Shown here one piece after another: positions 38,925 to 48,754 of a stretch of DNA of 60,701 nucleotides (within the stretch, counting starts at the first letter, position 1; every line of letters begins with the position of its first letter). The notes beneath the pieces are model-generated. The model searched no databases and was not told the DNA's origin. It saw only the letters and a program-made list of their open reading frames with translations. This stretch comes from Candidatus Woesebacteria bacterium GW2011_GWA1_39_21. Its GTDB lineage: Bacteria; Patescibacteriota; Microgenomatia; UBA8517. The DNA is taken from contig LBWP01000018.1 of assembly GCA_000993685.1 (NCBI GenBank), positions 1 to 60,701 of the forward strand, given 5' to 3'. Made by a program: the position numbers and the translations under genes.

Positions 38925-39809
38925 TCATCTTTCATGCTCTGTATTAATTCTAGGCCTAACCAAACCAAGATTTTCCCAATCTTTATACATTTTTTCTCTA
39001 AGTTGTCCTTGTTCAGAAAACCCTTCCTTAATTCTAACCTCTCTTTCTAGTTCGGCATCCCTGCTTAAACGGGAATAAGGGACCCTGCCTTCATCATTTG
39101 CTTTATCAGCTATTTTTCGAAGTGTAGAATAATTAAAATTTTTCAACAAATCTGTCGCCAATTCACGAGTGGGCTCCTCCGTCTTCATTTCCAATAGTAA
39201 ATCTCTAACTATATCAAAGGTTACATTCCAGGGATCCTTAAATGCATCTACCAAACATACCTTATCTTGCCACTTTTTAACTAAAGATAAATAATTTTCC
39301 CTAATTTCCCTGTATGTTTCTATAGGTACATCATCTCTCCAGTTTCTAACTCCTTCTTTAATTTTTGCCATTCTAACTCTTACGATAGATTCCTCTGCAG
39401 GCAAATCCAAATAGTAAGTTCTGTTTGGGTACCACATAAAAGGTTTTTGAGTTGCCTCAATATAACCAGGATCAGCCCCATCACTAGCTTGAAGTGCTAT
39501 CGTTGACCACCAATCTCTATCTCCAATGGAAATACCTGTCGGATTTTCTTCCAACCACGGTTTAACCTTGTTTACCAACACTTCGTTTCTTGAAGCTGAA
39601 AACAGAAGAACATTTGTTGTGGCGTCCATATTTCTAAACTCTGATGTAAACAAAACACTTCTTATAGCTTCGCCAACTGGAGTTCCACCTGGTTCTCTAA
39701 CACGCAATATCGGTAACTTTGCATACTCCTCAAGAAGATAACCCAACAGAGAAGCTTGTGTAGTTTTTCCTACACCTTCAGGACCCTCTAAAACAATACT
39801 CTTTGCCAT
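38925..39809 (-). CDS. tmk: Thymidylate kinase-like protein with C-terminal extension
   Basis: IVLEGPEGVGKTTQ, REPGGTPVGEAIR, LLFSASR, GDR; about 80 extra C-terminal residues. Confidence 0.85.
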   Translation of the reverse strand: MAKSIVLEGPEGVGKTTQASLLGYLLEEYAKLPILRVREPGGTPVGEAIRSVLFTSEFRNMDATTNVLLFSASRNEVLVNKVKPWLEENPTGISIGDRDWWSTIALQASDGADPGYIEATQKPFMWYPNRTYYLDLPAEESIVRVRMAKIKEGVRNWRDDVPIETYREIRENYLSLVKKWQDKVCLVDAFKDPWNVTFDIVRDLLLEMKTEEPTRELATDLLKNFNYSTLRKIADKANDEGRVPYSRLSRDAELEREVRIKEGFSEQGQLREKMYKDWENLGLVRPRINTEHER

Positions 39810-39895
39810 ACAAATTACCTTAAAACCCAAATAATATTTGAAACACTTTGGGACTTTACTTTCCCCTACCGCTAATATAATAGTAAAAAGAAGAA

Positions 39896-40795
39896 ATGTT
39901 GCAATACCAAAATTTACTCTCCGACATTTTGGAAAATGGTGTTGTCGAACACCACGAACGCACGGGAACCGGCACCAAAAAAGTCTTCGGAAGACTTTTA
40001 ACATTTGATCTTTCCAAAGGCTACCCGCTTTTAACCACAAAAAAAATGTTTACCAAAGGAATTATTTACGAACTTCTTTGGATGATCTCAGGAAATTCTA
40101 ACATTCGTTACCTTGTCCAAAACGGAGTCAATATTTGGAATGAATGGCCGTATCAAAATTATTTGAAAGCAAACAAACTTGAAAGAAAATTTCCGATGTA
40201 CGGCCAAAAATGGTTGGATGAAAAAAATAACTTTATCGAAAAAATAAAATCCAACGGAAAATTCGCTGAAAAGTGGGGTGAGTGCGGGCCTTTTTACGGT
40301 GTCCAATGGAGAAATTTTTCCGGCGTTGATCAACTGTCAAATGTCATCTCAGAAATCAAAAAATATCCCGGAAGCCGAAGGTTGATCGTCAATGCATGGA
40401 ACGCACCGTTAATTGACAAAATGGCGCTTCCGCCGTGCCATGTGATGTACCAGTTTAATGTTTCTAAAAATAAACTCTCGTGCATGATGTATCAACGCTC
40501 GGTTGATACTTTTTTAGGTCTTCCGTTTAATATCGCCAGTTACGCACTTCTGACTTTAATGGTCACTCAAGTTACAGGATATAAACCTGGAAATTTGGTG
40601 ATGGCGCTTGCAGACACGCATCTATATTTAAATCACGTTAAACAGGCAAAGGAGCAGATCAAACGCAAACCATATAAGTTACCAAAGATGAAACTCAATC
40701 CCAAGGTTAAATCGCTTTTTGATTTTAAATTTGAGGATTTTGAACTTGTAAATTATAAATTCCATCCACCCATCAAAGCTGATATTTCGGTATAA
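39896..40795 (+). CDS. thyA: Thymidylate synthase
   Basis: RTGTGT, YPLLTTKK, SRRLIVNAWN, MALPPCH, YQRSVD, GLPFNIASY. Confidence 0.97.
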   Translation: MLQYQNLLSDILENGVVEHHERTGTGTKKVFGRLLTFDLSKGYPLLTTKKMFTKGIIYELLWMISGNSNIRYLVQNGVNIWNEWPYQNYLKANKLERKFPMYGQKWLDEKNNFIEKIKSNGKFAEKWGECGPFYGVQWRNFSGVDQLSNVISEIKKYPGSRRLIVNAWNAPLIDKMALPPCHVMYQFNVSKNKLSCMMYQRSVDTFLGLPFNIASYALLTLMVTQVTGYKPGNLVMALADTHLYLNHVKQAKEQIKRKPYKLPKMKLNPKVKSLFDFKFEDFELVNYKFHPPIKADISV

Positions 40796-40802
40796 TGATA
40801 TT

Positions 40803-41294
40803 ATGATAATTTCCATCATTGCAGCTGTAGCCGAAAACAACGTCATTGGAAATAAAAACAAACTTCCATGGCAACTGCCGGCAGACCTTAAACATTTTCA
40901 AGAAACGACAACGGGCCATTGCATTATCATGGGACAGAATACTCATGAATCAATTGGTAGAAACCTCCCCGGAAGGACGAATATCATTTTGACTTTTGAC
41001 GAAAACTACAAAAGCGAAGGCTGCATCATCGTTACTTCGATTGAAAAAGCGCTGCGTGTTGCCAGTGCAAAAAAAGAGCCGGAAGTTTTTATCATCGGTG
41101 GGGCTTCCGTCTATAAACAATTCATCGGGGTTGCGAACAAGTTGTACATCACAAAAATACACCACAATTTTGACGGTGACACATTTTTTCCCGAAATCGA
41201 ACCTAATAAATGGAAATTAATTTCGGAGGAAAAACACGAAAAAGACGAAAACAACCCCTATCCTTACAACTTCGAAGTCTACGAAAAAATTTGA
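40803..41294 (+). CDS. folA: Dihydrofolate reductase
   Basis: VIGNKNKLPWQLPADLKHF, IMGQNT, LPGRTN, FIIGGASVY, DGDTFFP. Confidence 0.96.
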   Translation: MIISIIAAVAENNVIGNKNKLPWQLPADLKHFQETTTGHCIIMGQNTHESIGRNLPGRTNIILTFDENYKSEGCIIVTSIEKALRVASAKKEPEVFIIGGASVYKQFIGVANKLYITKIHHNFDGDTFFPEIEPNKWKLISEEKHEKDENNPYPYNFEVYEKI

Positions 41295-41295
41295 T

Positions 41296-41676
41296 TCAGT
41301 CTCTAGGAGCTTTATCCATTGGAGGTAAATCGCTATGCAGTCCATCGGTATGTTCATGATGCATGCATCCAAACACATCGTGATACCATGCCCCATGTTC
41401 CGGACAGTTCTTTATCTGCCATGGATTCTCTTCATGTTTTGTAGAACTACGAAAAGCCTCAAGGTCACCATCGCGCAAGGCACCAAGTCTCTTAAGAAGA
41501 CTGTACTGCCTCACCTTTTCTTCAATAGGAAGATTGGGATTAATTTGACCACTACCATTAAAATCTAAACCGATTGTCGTCCTGACGCTCTTAACATCAA
41601 CGTTTTTATCCGAATAAATGAAGCGTCTTTCAAGCTCCTCAAGTGACAAAATTTCCACCGCCTCGGCAGACATCAA
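41296..41676 (-). CDS. Hypothetical protein with C-terminal Cys/His cluster
   Basis: 126 aa; CPEHGAWYHDVFGCMHHEH. Confidence 0.5.
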   Translation of the reverse strand: MMSAEAVEILSLEELERRFIYSDKNVDVKSVRTTIGLDFNGSGQINPNLPIEEKVRQYSLLKRLGALRDGDLEAFRSSTKHEENPWQIKNCPEHGAWYHDVFGCMHHEHTDGLHSDLPPMDKAPRD

Positions 41677-41717
41677 CTATCACAATAATCGCTTGAAAAA
41701 AATAATCGCTTGAAAAA

Positions 41718-41816
41718 ATAAACTACCACGGGCTAAAGCCCATGGTATTTTGTCGACGAGATTGGATTCTTGCTTCATCCACGGACTAAAGTCCGTGGTT
41801 TTCGCAGAGAAATTCA
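41718..41816 (-). mobile_element. Family A mini-element, copy 2
   Basis: 99 bp, two hairpins, flanked by ATAA; an adjacent 17 bp tandem duplication lies at 41684-41717. Confidence 0.82.
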
Positions 41817-41851
41817 ATAAATTCAAGAAGAAAATTAAATAGATTTCCGGA

Positions 41852-42238
41852 TTATTTCTCGTTCCAATCAATTCTTGTTCCACCCCTTGAGGCTTCTTTT
41901 GAGGAAAAACACTTTGAGTACCTTTTTTTTAGTTTCAAAATATTCTCAAACAAAACCTCCTCGAAATTCCAACCGTAGAAATTGCAAATCATAGCCAAAT
42001 ACCACATCGTATCGCCAACGTTCTCACGAACGCCGGCAGTTTGGTCATTTTTGTGAAAGACGGTTTTCTTAATGCACCCCGCCAGATCTCCAGCTTCCCC
42101 CGTAACACCCAAGCCCCAATTCACAATCTCGTCTTCCTTTTTCTGATAATCCACTTTCGCAGTAGTTTTAACCAGCTTTTGATATTTTTTCAGAGACAGA
42201 GTCTTTGATTTCATAATCTGCTTATACCTCCAAGACAA
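41852..42238 (-). CDS. MazG-like nucleotide pyrophosphohydrolase
   Basis: LGVTGEAGDLA...ENVGDTMWYLA...NILKLKKRY. Confidence 0.88.
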   Translation of the reverse strand: MSWRYKQIMKSKTLSLKKYQKLVKTTAKVDYQKKEDEIVNWGLGVTGEAGDLAGCIKKTVFHKNDQTAGVRENVGDTMWYLAMICNFYGWNFEEVLFENILKLKKRYSKCFSSKEASRGGTRIDWNEK

Positions 42239-42316
42239 CCATCCTTCTTACCTCTTACTTCTTATTTCTATCTTCATGCTTCTTACGTCTTATTTCCGAC
42301 TTCTTACTTCCTACAA

Positions 42317-44332
42317 CTAGTTTGGTTTGCGCCAACTTGCCCATTTACATTTGGGGTAACGGCTACAACCAAAAAACTTCCTCCCTTTTTTTGTATTTTT
42401 CAAAACGACATCTCCATGCTTGCACTCGGGGCATTTCACACCAACTTTATTCACATATTTCCCTGTATATTTACATTCTGGAAAGCGACTGCAGGATAAA
42501 AACTTGCCAAATCTTCCCAAACGGATAATCACCTCGCCCTTTTTGCACTCTGGACATTTTTCTCCCGTCTTTTCCGCTTCAATTGCAACTCTTTTCGCTT
42601 TCTTGTCAACTTCTTCTAATCTTTTACTAAATGGTTTATAAAAATCGGAAATTAACCGCACCCATTCTTCATTTCCATTTGCAACCTTATCAAGACTTTC
42701 CTCCATTGACGCCGTAAATTCATACTCAAAAACGTTGGGAAATTGAGAAACTAAAAAGTCGTTAACCGCAAAACCAATTGAGGTCGGAATAAATTTCCCT
42801 TCTGTTTTTTCAACGTAATTTCGAATCTGAATTGTGTTGATTGTCGGGGCATAAGTCGAGGGACGGCCAATTCCTAACTTCTCAAGAATTTTAATAAGAG
42901 CTGCTTCAGTGTATCTCGCAGGAGGTTGTGTAAATTTCTGCTGTGGAACAACTTTTACGAGGTCCAAAGGTTCGTCGGAAACAACTTCGGGAAGTTGTGC
43001 TTCAAACTCCTCAGCACCAGGCGATTTTTCTTTTGTCGACTTTTCAAAAAGTGTTTTCCACCCATCAAACTTCATCACCTGACCAGAGGCTCGAAGAAGG
43101 TACTCGGATGAAACTAACGCTTTAGCTTTCGCAAGTACGTCAATTATTGTATTGTCGTATACACTCGCCGCCATTTGACAGGCAACAAAGCGTTTCCAAA
43201 TCAGAGCGTACAACATTTCACCTTCCCTTTCATATCGACTGTTTTTCATCTCGTGTCTCGAATTGAGATTCGTGGGCCTGATTGCTTCGTGTGCCTCCTG
43301 CGCAACTTTGGAGGTGGTTTTGTAAAAGCGTGGTTTATCGGGCAGATATTTATCACCATACTTCGACCTGATAAAACTCCTGACTTTCGTTACTGCCTCT
43401 TGTGCGATACTCGTCGAATCGGTTCGGTGATATGTGATTAGTCCTTCTTCATACAAAGATTGGGCAACACTCATCGTTTTCTTTGATGACCATCCAAACA
43501 ACCTTGACGCCGCTTGTGTCATCGTTGAAGTTGTAAAGGGTGGGTAGGGATTTTTGTGAACTTCCTTTTTGGAAACCTCCAAAACTTTATAATCCGAAGT
43601 TTTAAGGTCTCTTACAACTTTATCGGCTTGGTCTTTATTTATTATTTCTGCTTTTTTATCTTTTATTTTGCTTAGCTGTGCGGTAAATTCAACCGCACTC
43701 GTTTGGTTGTTCATTTGTTTGAGCTGACAAAAAATCTCCCAGTATTCTTCGCTTTTAAATACCTGTATCTCACGTTCCCTCTCAACGATCAATCTGACAC
43801 ACACTGTCTGAACACGTCCAGCAGAAAGTCCGCGCCTAATCTTTTTCCACAAAACCGGAGAGAGTTTGTAACCTACCAATCTATCGAGGACACGTCGGGC
43901 AATTTGCGCATCAACTAAGTTTTTATCCACATTGCGTGGGTTATTTATGGCGTTTTCAACAGCGCTCTTAGTGATCTCATGAAAGACAATCCTGCGGATT
44001 TTTCCATTCTTTTCCGATTTTTTTGGCTTATCCCCAACTGCATGCAACTCATCATAAACGTGACTGGCTATTGCCTCGCCTTCCCGGTCAGGATCTGTAG
44101 CAATAAAAATATGGCTACTTTTTTTTGCGGCGGATTTTATTTTGGCAATATTAACAAGTCTTTTTTCAACAACTTGATAATCAGGCTTAAAATCGTGTTC
44201 AATGTCGATCCCAAGTTTACTCTTCGGCAAATCCTTAATATGTCCAGATGTCGCCTCGACAGAGTAACCGCTCCCCAAAAAACGGGATAAAGTTCTTGCT
44301 TTAGTGGGACTTTCTACAACAATTAAATCCAT
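42317..44332 (-). CDS. topA: DNA topoisomerase I (type IA)
   Basis: IVVESPTKA, ATDPDREGEAI, SAGRVQ, ITYHRTDS, EAHEAIRPT, GIGRPSTY, two C-terminal zinc ribbons. Confidence 0.97.
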   Translation of the reverse strand: MDLIVVESPTKARTLSRFLGSGYSVEATSGHIKDLPKSKLGIDIEHDFKPDYQVVEKRLVNIAKIKSAAKKSSHIFIATDPDREGEAIASHVYDELHAVGDKPKKSEKNGKIRRIVFHEITKSAVENAINNPRNVDKNLVDAQIARRVLDRLVGYKLSPVLWKKIRRGLSAGRVQTVCVRLIVEREREIQVFKSEEYWEIFCQLKQMNNQTSAVEFTAQLSKIKDKKAEIINKDQADKVVRDLKTSDYKVLEVSKKEVHKNPYPPFTTSTMTQAASRLFGWSSKKTMSVAQSLYEEGLITYHRTDSTSIAQEAVTKVRSFIRSKYGDKYLPDKPRFYKTTSKVAQEAHEAIRPTNLNSRHEMKNSRYEREGEMLYALIWKRFVACQMAASVYDNTIIDVLAKAKALVSSEYLLRASGQVMKFDGWKTLFEKSTKEKSPGAEEFEAQLPEVVSDEPLDLVKVVPQQKFTQPPARYTEAALIKILEKLGIGRPSTYAPTINTIQIRNYVEKTEGKFIPTSIGFAVNDFLVSQFPNVFEYEFTASMEESLDKVANGNEEWVRLISDFYKPFSKRLEEVDKKAKRVAIEAEKTGEKCPECKKGEVIIRLGRFGKFLSCSRFPECKYTGKYVNKVGVKCPECKHGDVVLKNTKKGRKFFGCSRYPKCKWASWRKPN

Positions 44333-44343
44333 AACAGGTTAAG

Positions 44344-44441
44344 ATAAATTGCCACGAGCTAAAGCCCATGGTATTTTGTCGACGAGATTGGATTCTTGCT
44401 TCATCCACTGACTAAATCCGTGGTTTTCGCAAAGAAATTCA
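44344..44441 (-). mobile_element. Family A mini-element, copy 3, slightly degenerate
   Basis: 98 bp match to the other copies with a few substitutions in the hairpins. Confidence 0.78.
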
Positions 44442-44511
44442 ATAAAAATTGCAATTCAGAGTTTAAAATTTTTAATTTTAAATTGTATTTTTGCACTTTG
44501 AATTTTGCCTT

Positions 44512-45594
44512 TTAAATTTTCTTATATACTCCTGCACCCACCTCTTTTACCATTCCTTTTAATCTCATCGAAACGATAACAGAGCAAATGCGTGAGATAT
44601 CAATTTGAGTTATTCTAGCAATCTCGTCAAGATGCAAAGACTCACCTTCTAAAATTTCGAATATCTTTTTCTCTTCAGGATTTCCAGGTAAAATCTTCGA
44701 TACTTTTTCCTTATCTACTTTAACTTCTAAATCCAATTCGTCAAGAATGTCTTTAGTCGAAAAGGCAAATTTCGCTCCATTTTGTAAAAGGTAATGCGGT
44801 GCTTCAGAGAAAACTGAAGTGATTTGCCCCGGAACTGCAAAAACAGTTCTTCCCTGCGCTGCTGCATGGGAAGCCGTCAAAAGCGTTCCGCTTTTTTTCA
44901 ATCCTTCGACAACAATAATTGCTTTTGCCAACCCGGAAACGATACGGTTGCGCGACGGAAAATTAACAGGCAACGCCGGATAGCCAAGGGGGTACTCGGA
45001 AAAGACAACGCCGTTTTCGGAAATCATCTTTGATAATGATGCATTTTCTGGCGGATAGATGTTATCAAGACCGCTCGCAACGACAGCAATTGTTCTTCCC
45101 CCCGCAGACAAAGCACTTTTATGCGCAATCGTATCAATTCCCCTGGCAAGCCCCGAAACAATTGTTATTCCAACGCTAGCCAACTCGGTAGAAAATTTCT
45201 CCGCCACCTCACGCCCGTAAGAAGTCATTTTTCTCGTTCCAACAATTGCTACTGCATTCTCGTCATTTTTCGACCAAGTTCCCCGATAATACAAAACAAC
45301 CGGTGAACCATCTAAACCCTTGAGGTTTTCGGGATAACATTTACTTGTTCTTGTTGTGAATTTAATACCAAGTTTGTCGAGCCTTTTAATATAACTTGCT
45401 ATATCAAACTTTTCTCGGTACTCAACAAACTTGTCAACAAGGGAATCTCTTAAACCGACTTCGGAAAGTTTCGCTTTTTTCAGTTGCCAAACTTTCTCGG
45501 CACTTTTGAAATAATTAAGAAGCAGGTCTGTCCGTTTCGGTCCAAAATCAGTAAATGAATACAGGGCCGCCAGGTAATGTTTTTCGCTAATCAC
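44512..45594 (-). CDS. dprA: DNA-processing protein DprA
   Basis: AIVGTR, IVSGLARGID, FPSRNRIVSGL, SGTLLTA, FAVPG; dprA-topA synteny. Confidence 0.95.
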   Translation of the reverse strand: MISEKHYLAALYSFTDFGPKRTDLLLNYFKSAEKVWQLKKAKLSEVGLRDSLVDKFVEYREKFDIASYIKRLDKLGIKFTTRTSKCYPENLKGLDGSPVVLYYRGTWSKNDENAVAIVGTRKMTSYGREVAEKFSTELASVGITIVSGLARGIDTIAHKSALSAGGRTIAVVASGLDNIYPPENASLSKMISENGVVFSEYPLGYPALPVNFPSRNRIVSGLAKAIIVVEGLKKSGTLLTASHAAAQGRTVFAVPGQITSVFSEAPHYLLQNGAKFAFSTKDILDELDLEVKVDKEKVSKILPGNPEEKKIFEILEGESLHLDEIARITQIDISRICSVIVSMRLKGMVKEVGAGVYKKI

Positions 45595-45656
45595 TTTAGT
45601 AAATTAATTACATTCAAGAAAAGAAATCTGTTCTAATTAATATTTATACCCTAAAA

Positions 45657-47285
45657 CTACGATTTCTTAAACCAAAAATCGAATATTTGTCGCGCAATCG
45701 GTCCCGCAGCTTTAGAACCTTCTCCACCTTCCTCAATCAAAACGGTGACCACAATCTGCGGATCATCAAACGGAGCGAAAGCGGTAAACCAGGCATTTGT
45801 TTCTTCCACAGCGCCAAGCTGTGCAGTTCCCGTTTTACACGCTACTTCAATCCCGTTTTTGTCCTTAAAATCGGCAAAGGTGTAACCTGTTCCACCTGTG
45901 GAACAAGCCGCCAACATCCCCTCTTTCACCGTTTGAATATTTTCATCTTTTATATTCAGGTCGCTACAAATTTCACTTTCCGACTTGGTATCATCAACAA
46001 TCCGCGGGACGCACAGTTTTCCACCATTGGCGATCGCTGAAAGTGCATTGTGGATTGCAATCGGCGTCACTTCAAGGTCGCCTTGGCCAATTGACAAATG
46101 ATAGGTATTTCCCAAAAACCAACGCTCGCCCTTAGTTTGCTCTTTCCACTGCGGATCGGGGACCAAACCGATTGCCTCTCCGGGAACGTCAATCCCGGTT
46201 TTTTGCGCCAAACCAAATAGTTTCGACCACTCAACAAGCTTTTCAATTCCCGTTAGCTCACCGACTTTATAAAAAAAAGTATCTGTTGAACGCGCAATTG
46301 CACGGACGACATCAATACTTCCCTCCAGTCCACCGTATTGTGTAAAATACCAGTTCGAAAAAGAGTAACTTCCGTAAATCGTCGAAAAACTGACGGCACC
46401 TGTGTCCTGATAATGATAATTTTTATCAATCGCCCCACTTTCTAAAGCAGCCGTTGCAACAATTGGCTTATATATCGAACCCGGAGAATATTTTCCCGAA
46501 ACAGCTCTGTTAAACAGCGGCAAATCTTTATCGCTCAAAACTTCAGAAGCTTTCTTAGAACTGCTTAAAAAAATATTTGAATCGAAACTTGGAGAAGAGT
46601 AAAGCGCAAGGATCTCCCCCTTCGCATCGCCGACAATAATCACACCCCTAACACCAGTTAGTAACGTAGAAACATATTCTTGAAGTGGATAGTTGATTGT
46701 TGTTTTAATGTCCTTTCCTCTCACCGGATCCTTTTGTCCAAGATCGCGCACGTAAGAGCCGTCCGCATTTACCTCTAACAGTTTCTCGCCATCAACTCCT
46801 CTTAGTCCGCAGTCATAATATTCCTCCAATCCAGACCTTCCTACTTCGTCTGTTGCCTGATGTGCACCCTTACCGATACAGGCGGTGTCAGATTTATTAA
46901 CTTCGGATTCATTCACCAATCCGACGTAGCCTGTAATATGCGCCGATGAAGCTTTTAGTGGATAGTCCCTCTCCCAGGTGTCAACGTCAGAAACCCTCTC
47001 CGCCCCATCTGAAACGCTATCGGAAACATAGTAACCCTTATCAGGTTTGTATAAGACAAACTCGTTCTCTTTGTCGTTTTTTACCAAATATTCACCTCCA
47101 CGCGCAAAGATCTCTCCTCTCGGGGCTTTAATGATAACTCTTCTTAACCGGTTGCCATTAGCCAGCTCCTTATAATAATTTCCACGAATTATCTGAAGCT
47201 CGAACAACCTGACAAGCAGTATCGAGAAGGAAAGAATTAAAACAATCCGAATTATAAGAATTGCCGTTTTTGGAATCATAGTCAC
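45657..47285 (-). CDS. mrdA: Class B penicillin-binding protein (PBP2-like)
   Basis: N-terminal TM, APRGEI, PGSIYK (SxxK), STD (SxD), KTGTAQ. Confidence 0.9.
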   Translation of the reverse strand: MTMIPKTAILIIRIVLILSFSILLVRLFELQIIRGNYYKELANGNRLRRVIIKAPRGEIFARGGEYLVKNDKENEFVLYKPDKGYYVSDSVSDGAERVSDVDTWERDYPLKASSAHITGYVGLVNESEVNKSDTACIGKGAHQATDEVGRSGLEEYYDCGLRGVDGEKLLEVNADGSYVRDLGQKDPVRGKDIKTTINYPLQEYVSTLLTGVRGVIIVGDAKGEILALYSSPSFDSNIFLSSSKKASEVLSDKDLPLFNRAVSGKYSPGSIYKPIVATAALESGAIDKNYHYQDTGAVSFSTIYGSYSFSNWYFTQYGGLEGSIDVVRAIARSTDTFFYKVGELTGIEKLVEWSKLFGLAQKTGIDVPGEAIGLVPDPQWKEQTKGERWFLGNTYHLSIGQGDLEVTPIAIHNALSAIANGGKLCVPRIVDDTKSESEICSDLNIKDENIQTVKEGMLAACSTGGTGYTFADFKDKNGIEVACKTGTAQLGAVEETNAWFTAFAPFDDPQIVVTVLIEEGGEGSKAAGPIARQIFDFWFKKS

Positions 47286-47428
47286 TTACCCCTATCAGCC
47301 AAGAATATGTCGAACTGCGCTTATCGTCAAGTTATCCATAAACGTTGCAGGTCAACACAACCCTGTCTGGTAAAAATAGTTACGGCTAAGTTACAAGTTC
47401 AAGTCAAAGTAGGTTGAACGCCAAATTT

Positions 47429-48523
47429 CTAAAGACCCTTCGTAACTTTTAATTTTGACATTAGTGTGGGGTGTTCCAAAAGGTACGCGCATCCTCTGAC
47501 AACACAGGTTAGAGGGTCGTTTGAAATATACACCGGCATTTTCGTTTTTTCGGAAACTAACTTATCAATTCCACTTAGCATTGAACCGCCACCTGCCATA
47601 ATAATCCCCTTTTCCATAATATCAGAGACGAGCTCTGGTGGCGTTTCTTCTAGTGTGGCGGTAATGTTGCCGATAATTTGCTGAGCAACGGGAACTAAAG
47701 CTTCTCTAACCTCGGATGTTGAAATTTTTATGGATTTTGGCAAACCCGTTTCCAAATCTCTTCCTCGAACAATATGAAACTTTTCCTTCATTTGAGAAAA
47801 GTTTCCCAAAGAAATTTTTACGTCTTCCGCCGTAACTTCACCCATCAAGAGGGAATATTTTAACTTAACAAAATTTGATATTGCTTCGTTCATCTCATCG
47901 CCGGCGGTTCTAATTGAACGGCCAACAACAATTCCGCCTAAAGAAATTACAGCCATTTCCGACGTTCCTCCACCAATATCCACAATGAAATGTCCTGTAG
48001 CATTTTCTACTTCTAAACCAGCGCCGATTGCCGCCGCCATTGGCTCTTCAATCAGGTTTACCTCGCGCGCACCTGAACCCAAAACAGCATCTGATACAGC
48101 CCTTCTTTCAACTTCCGTGACACCTGAAGGAATTCCAATTGCAACTCTGGGTTTGGGAATTTTCGGAGCAGATCCAGACGATGCACTATGCACTTTTTTT
48201 ATATAGTGAGACAGCATCGCTTCTGCCGCATCAAAATCGGCAATTACGCCGTCTCTTAAAGGCCTAATAACCTCGTAATTTGCCGGAGTCCGGCCCAGCA
48301 TCTTTCGCGCATCGGCGCCGATTGCGATAATTTCTTTAGTCTTCTTGTGACGTGCTACAACCGAAGGTTCACGAACGACAATTCCCTTGCCTGAAACCCA
48401 AACCATGGTGTTGGATGTACCCAGGTCGATACCGATGTCGTACGAAACTAAGGACCAAAGTTTGTCAAGTTGTTTAAAGATTTCCGGCACAAAAAAGTTG
48501 TACCTTTTAAGTTTAATATCCAT
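47429..48523 (-). CDS. mreB: Rod shape-determining actin homologue MreB
   Basis: DIGIDLGT, EPSVVA, IEEPMAAAIGAG, DIGGGT, LEETPPEL, GGGSML. Confidence 0.96.
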   Translation of the reverse strand: MDIKLKRYNFFVPEIFKQLDKLWSLVSYDIGIDLGTSNTMVWVSGKGIVVREPSVVARHKKTKEIIAIGADARKMLGRTPANYEVIRPLRDGVIADFDAAEAMLSHYIKKVHSASSGSAPKIPKPRVAIGIPSGVTEVERRAVSDAVLGSGAREVNLIEEPMAAAIGAGLEVENATGHFIVDIGGGTSEMAVISLGGIVVGRSIRTAGDEMNEAISNFVKLKYSLLMGEVTAEDVKISLGNFSQMKEKFHIVRGRDLETGLPKSIKISTSEVREALVPVAQQIIGNITATLEETPPELVSDIMEKGIIMAGGGSMLSGIDKLVSEKTKMPVYISNDPLTCVVRGCAYLLEHPTLMSKLKVTKGL

Positions 48524-48754
48524 CTTTCGAGGTCGTAAATTAATTAGAAAGTATACTAACTAACACACCTTTTTAGTATAGCCAATCAAAATTATTCACA
48601 GTCATCCTGCTGACCTCGCAACTTGGTTTAAAAAAACAATGATTTCAAACTATCTCTGTCAACCACCCTCAACTTATCTGTAGTATATTAGATATACAAT
48701 TCCCAACGCTATGTAATCAAAAAAGTTCGTTAAACCTAAACAAAGCTTAAAAAA

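Noticed and set aside
36951-38925. ZTP (pfl) or THF riboswitch upstream of folD or glyA
   Set aside because: No recognisable consensus in either upstream spacer.
39810-40040. Extended 371 aa start for tmk
   Set aside because: The extension overlaps thyA on the other strand; the kinase fold begins at MAKSIVLEG (39809).
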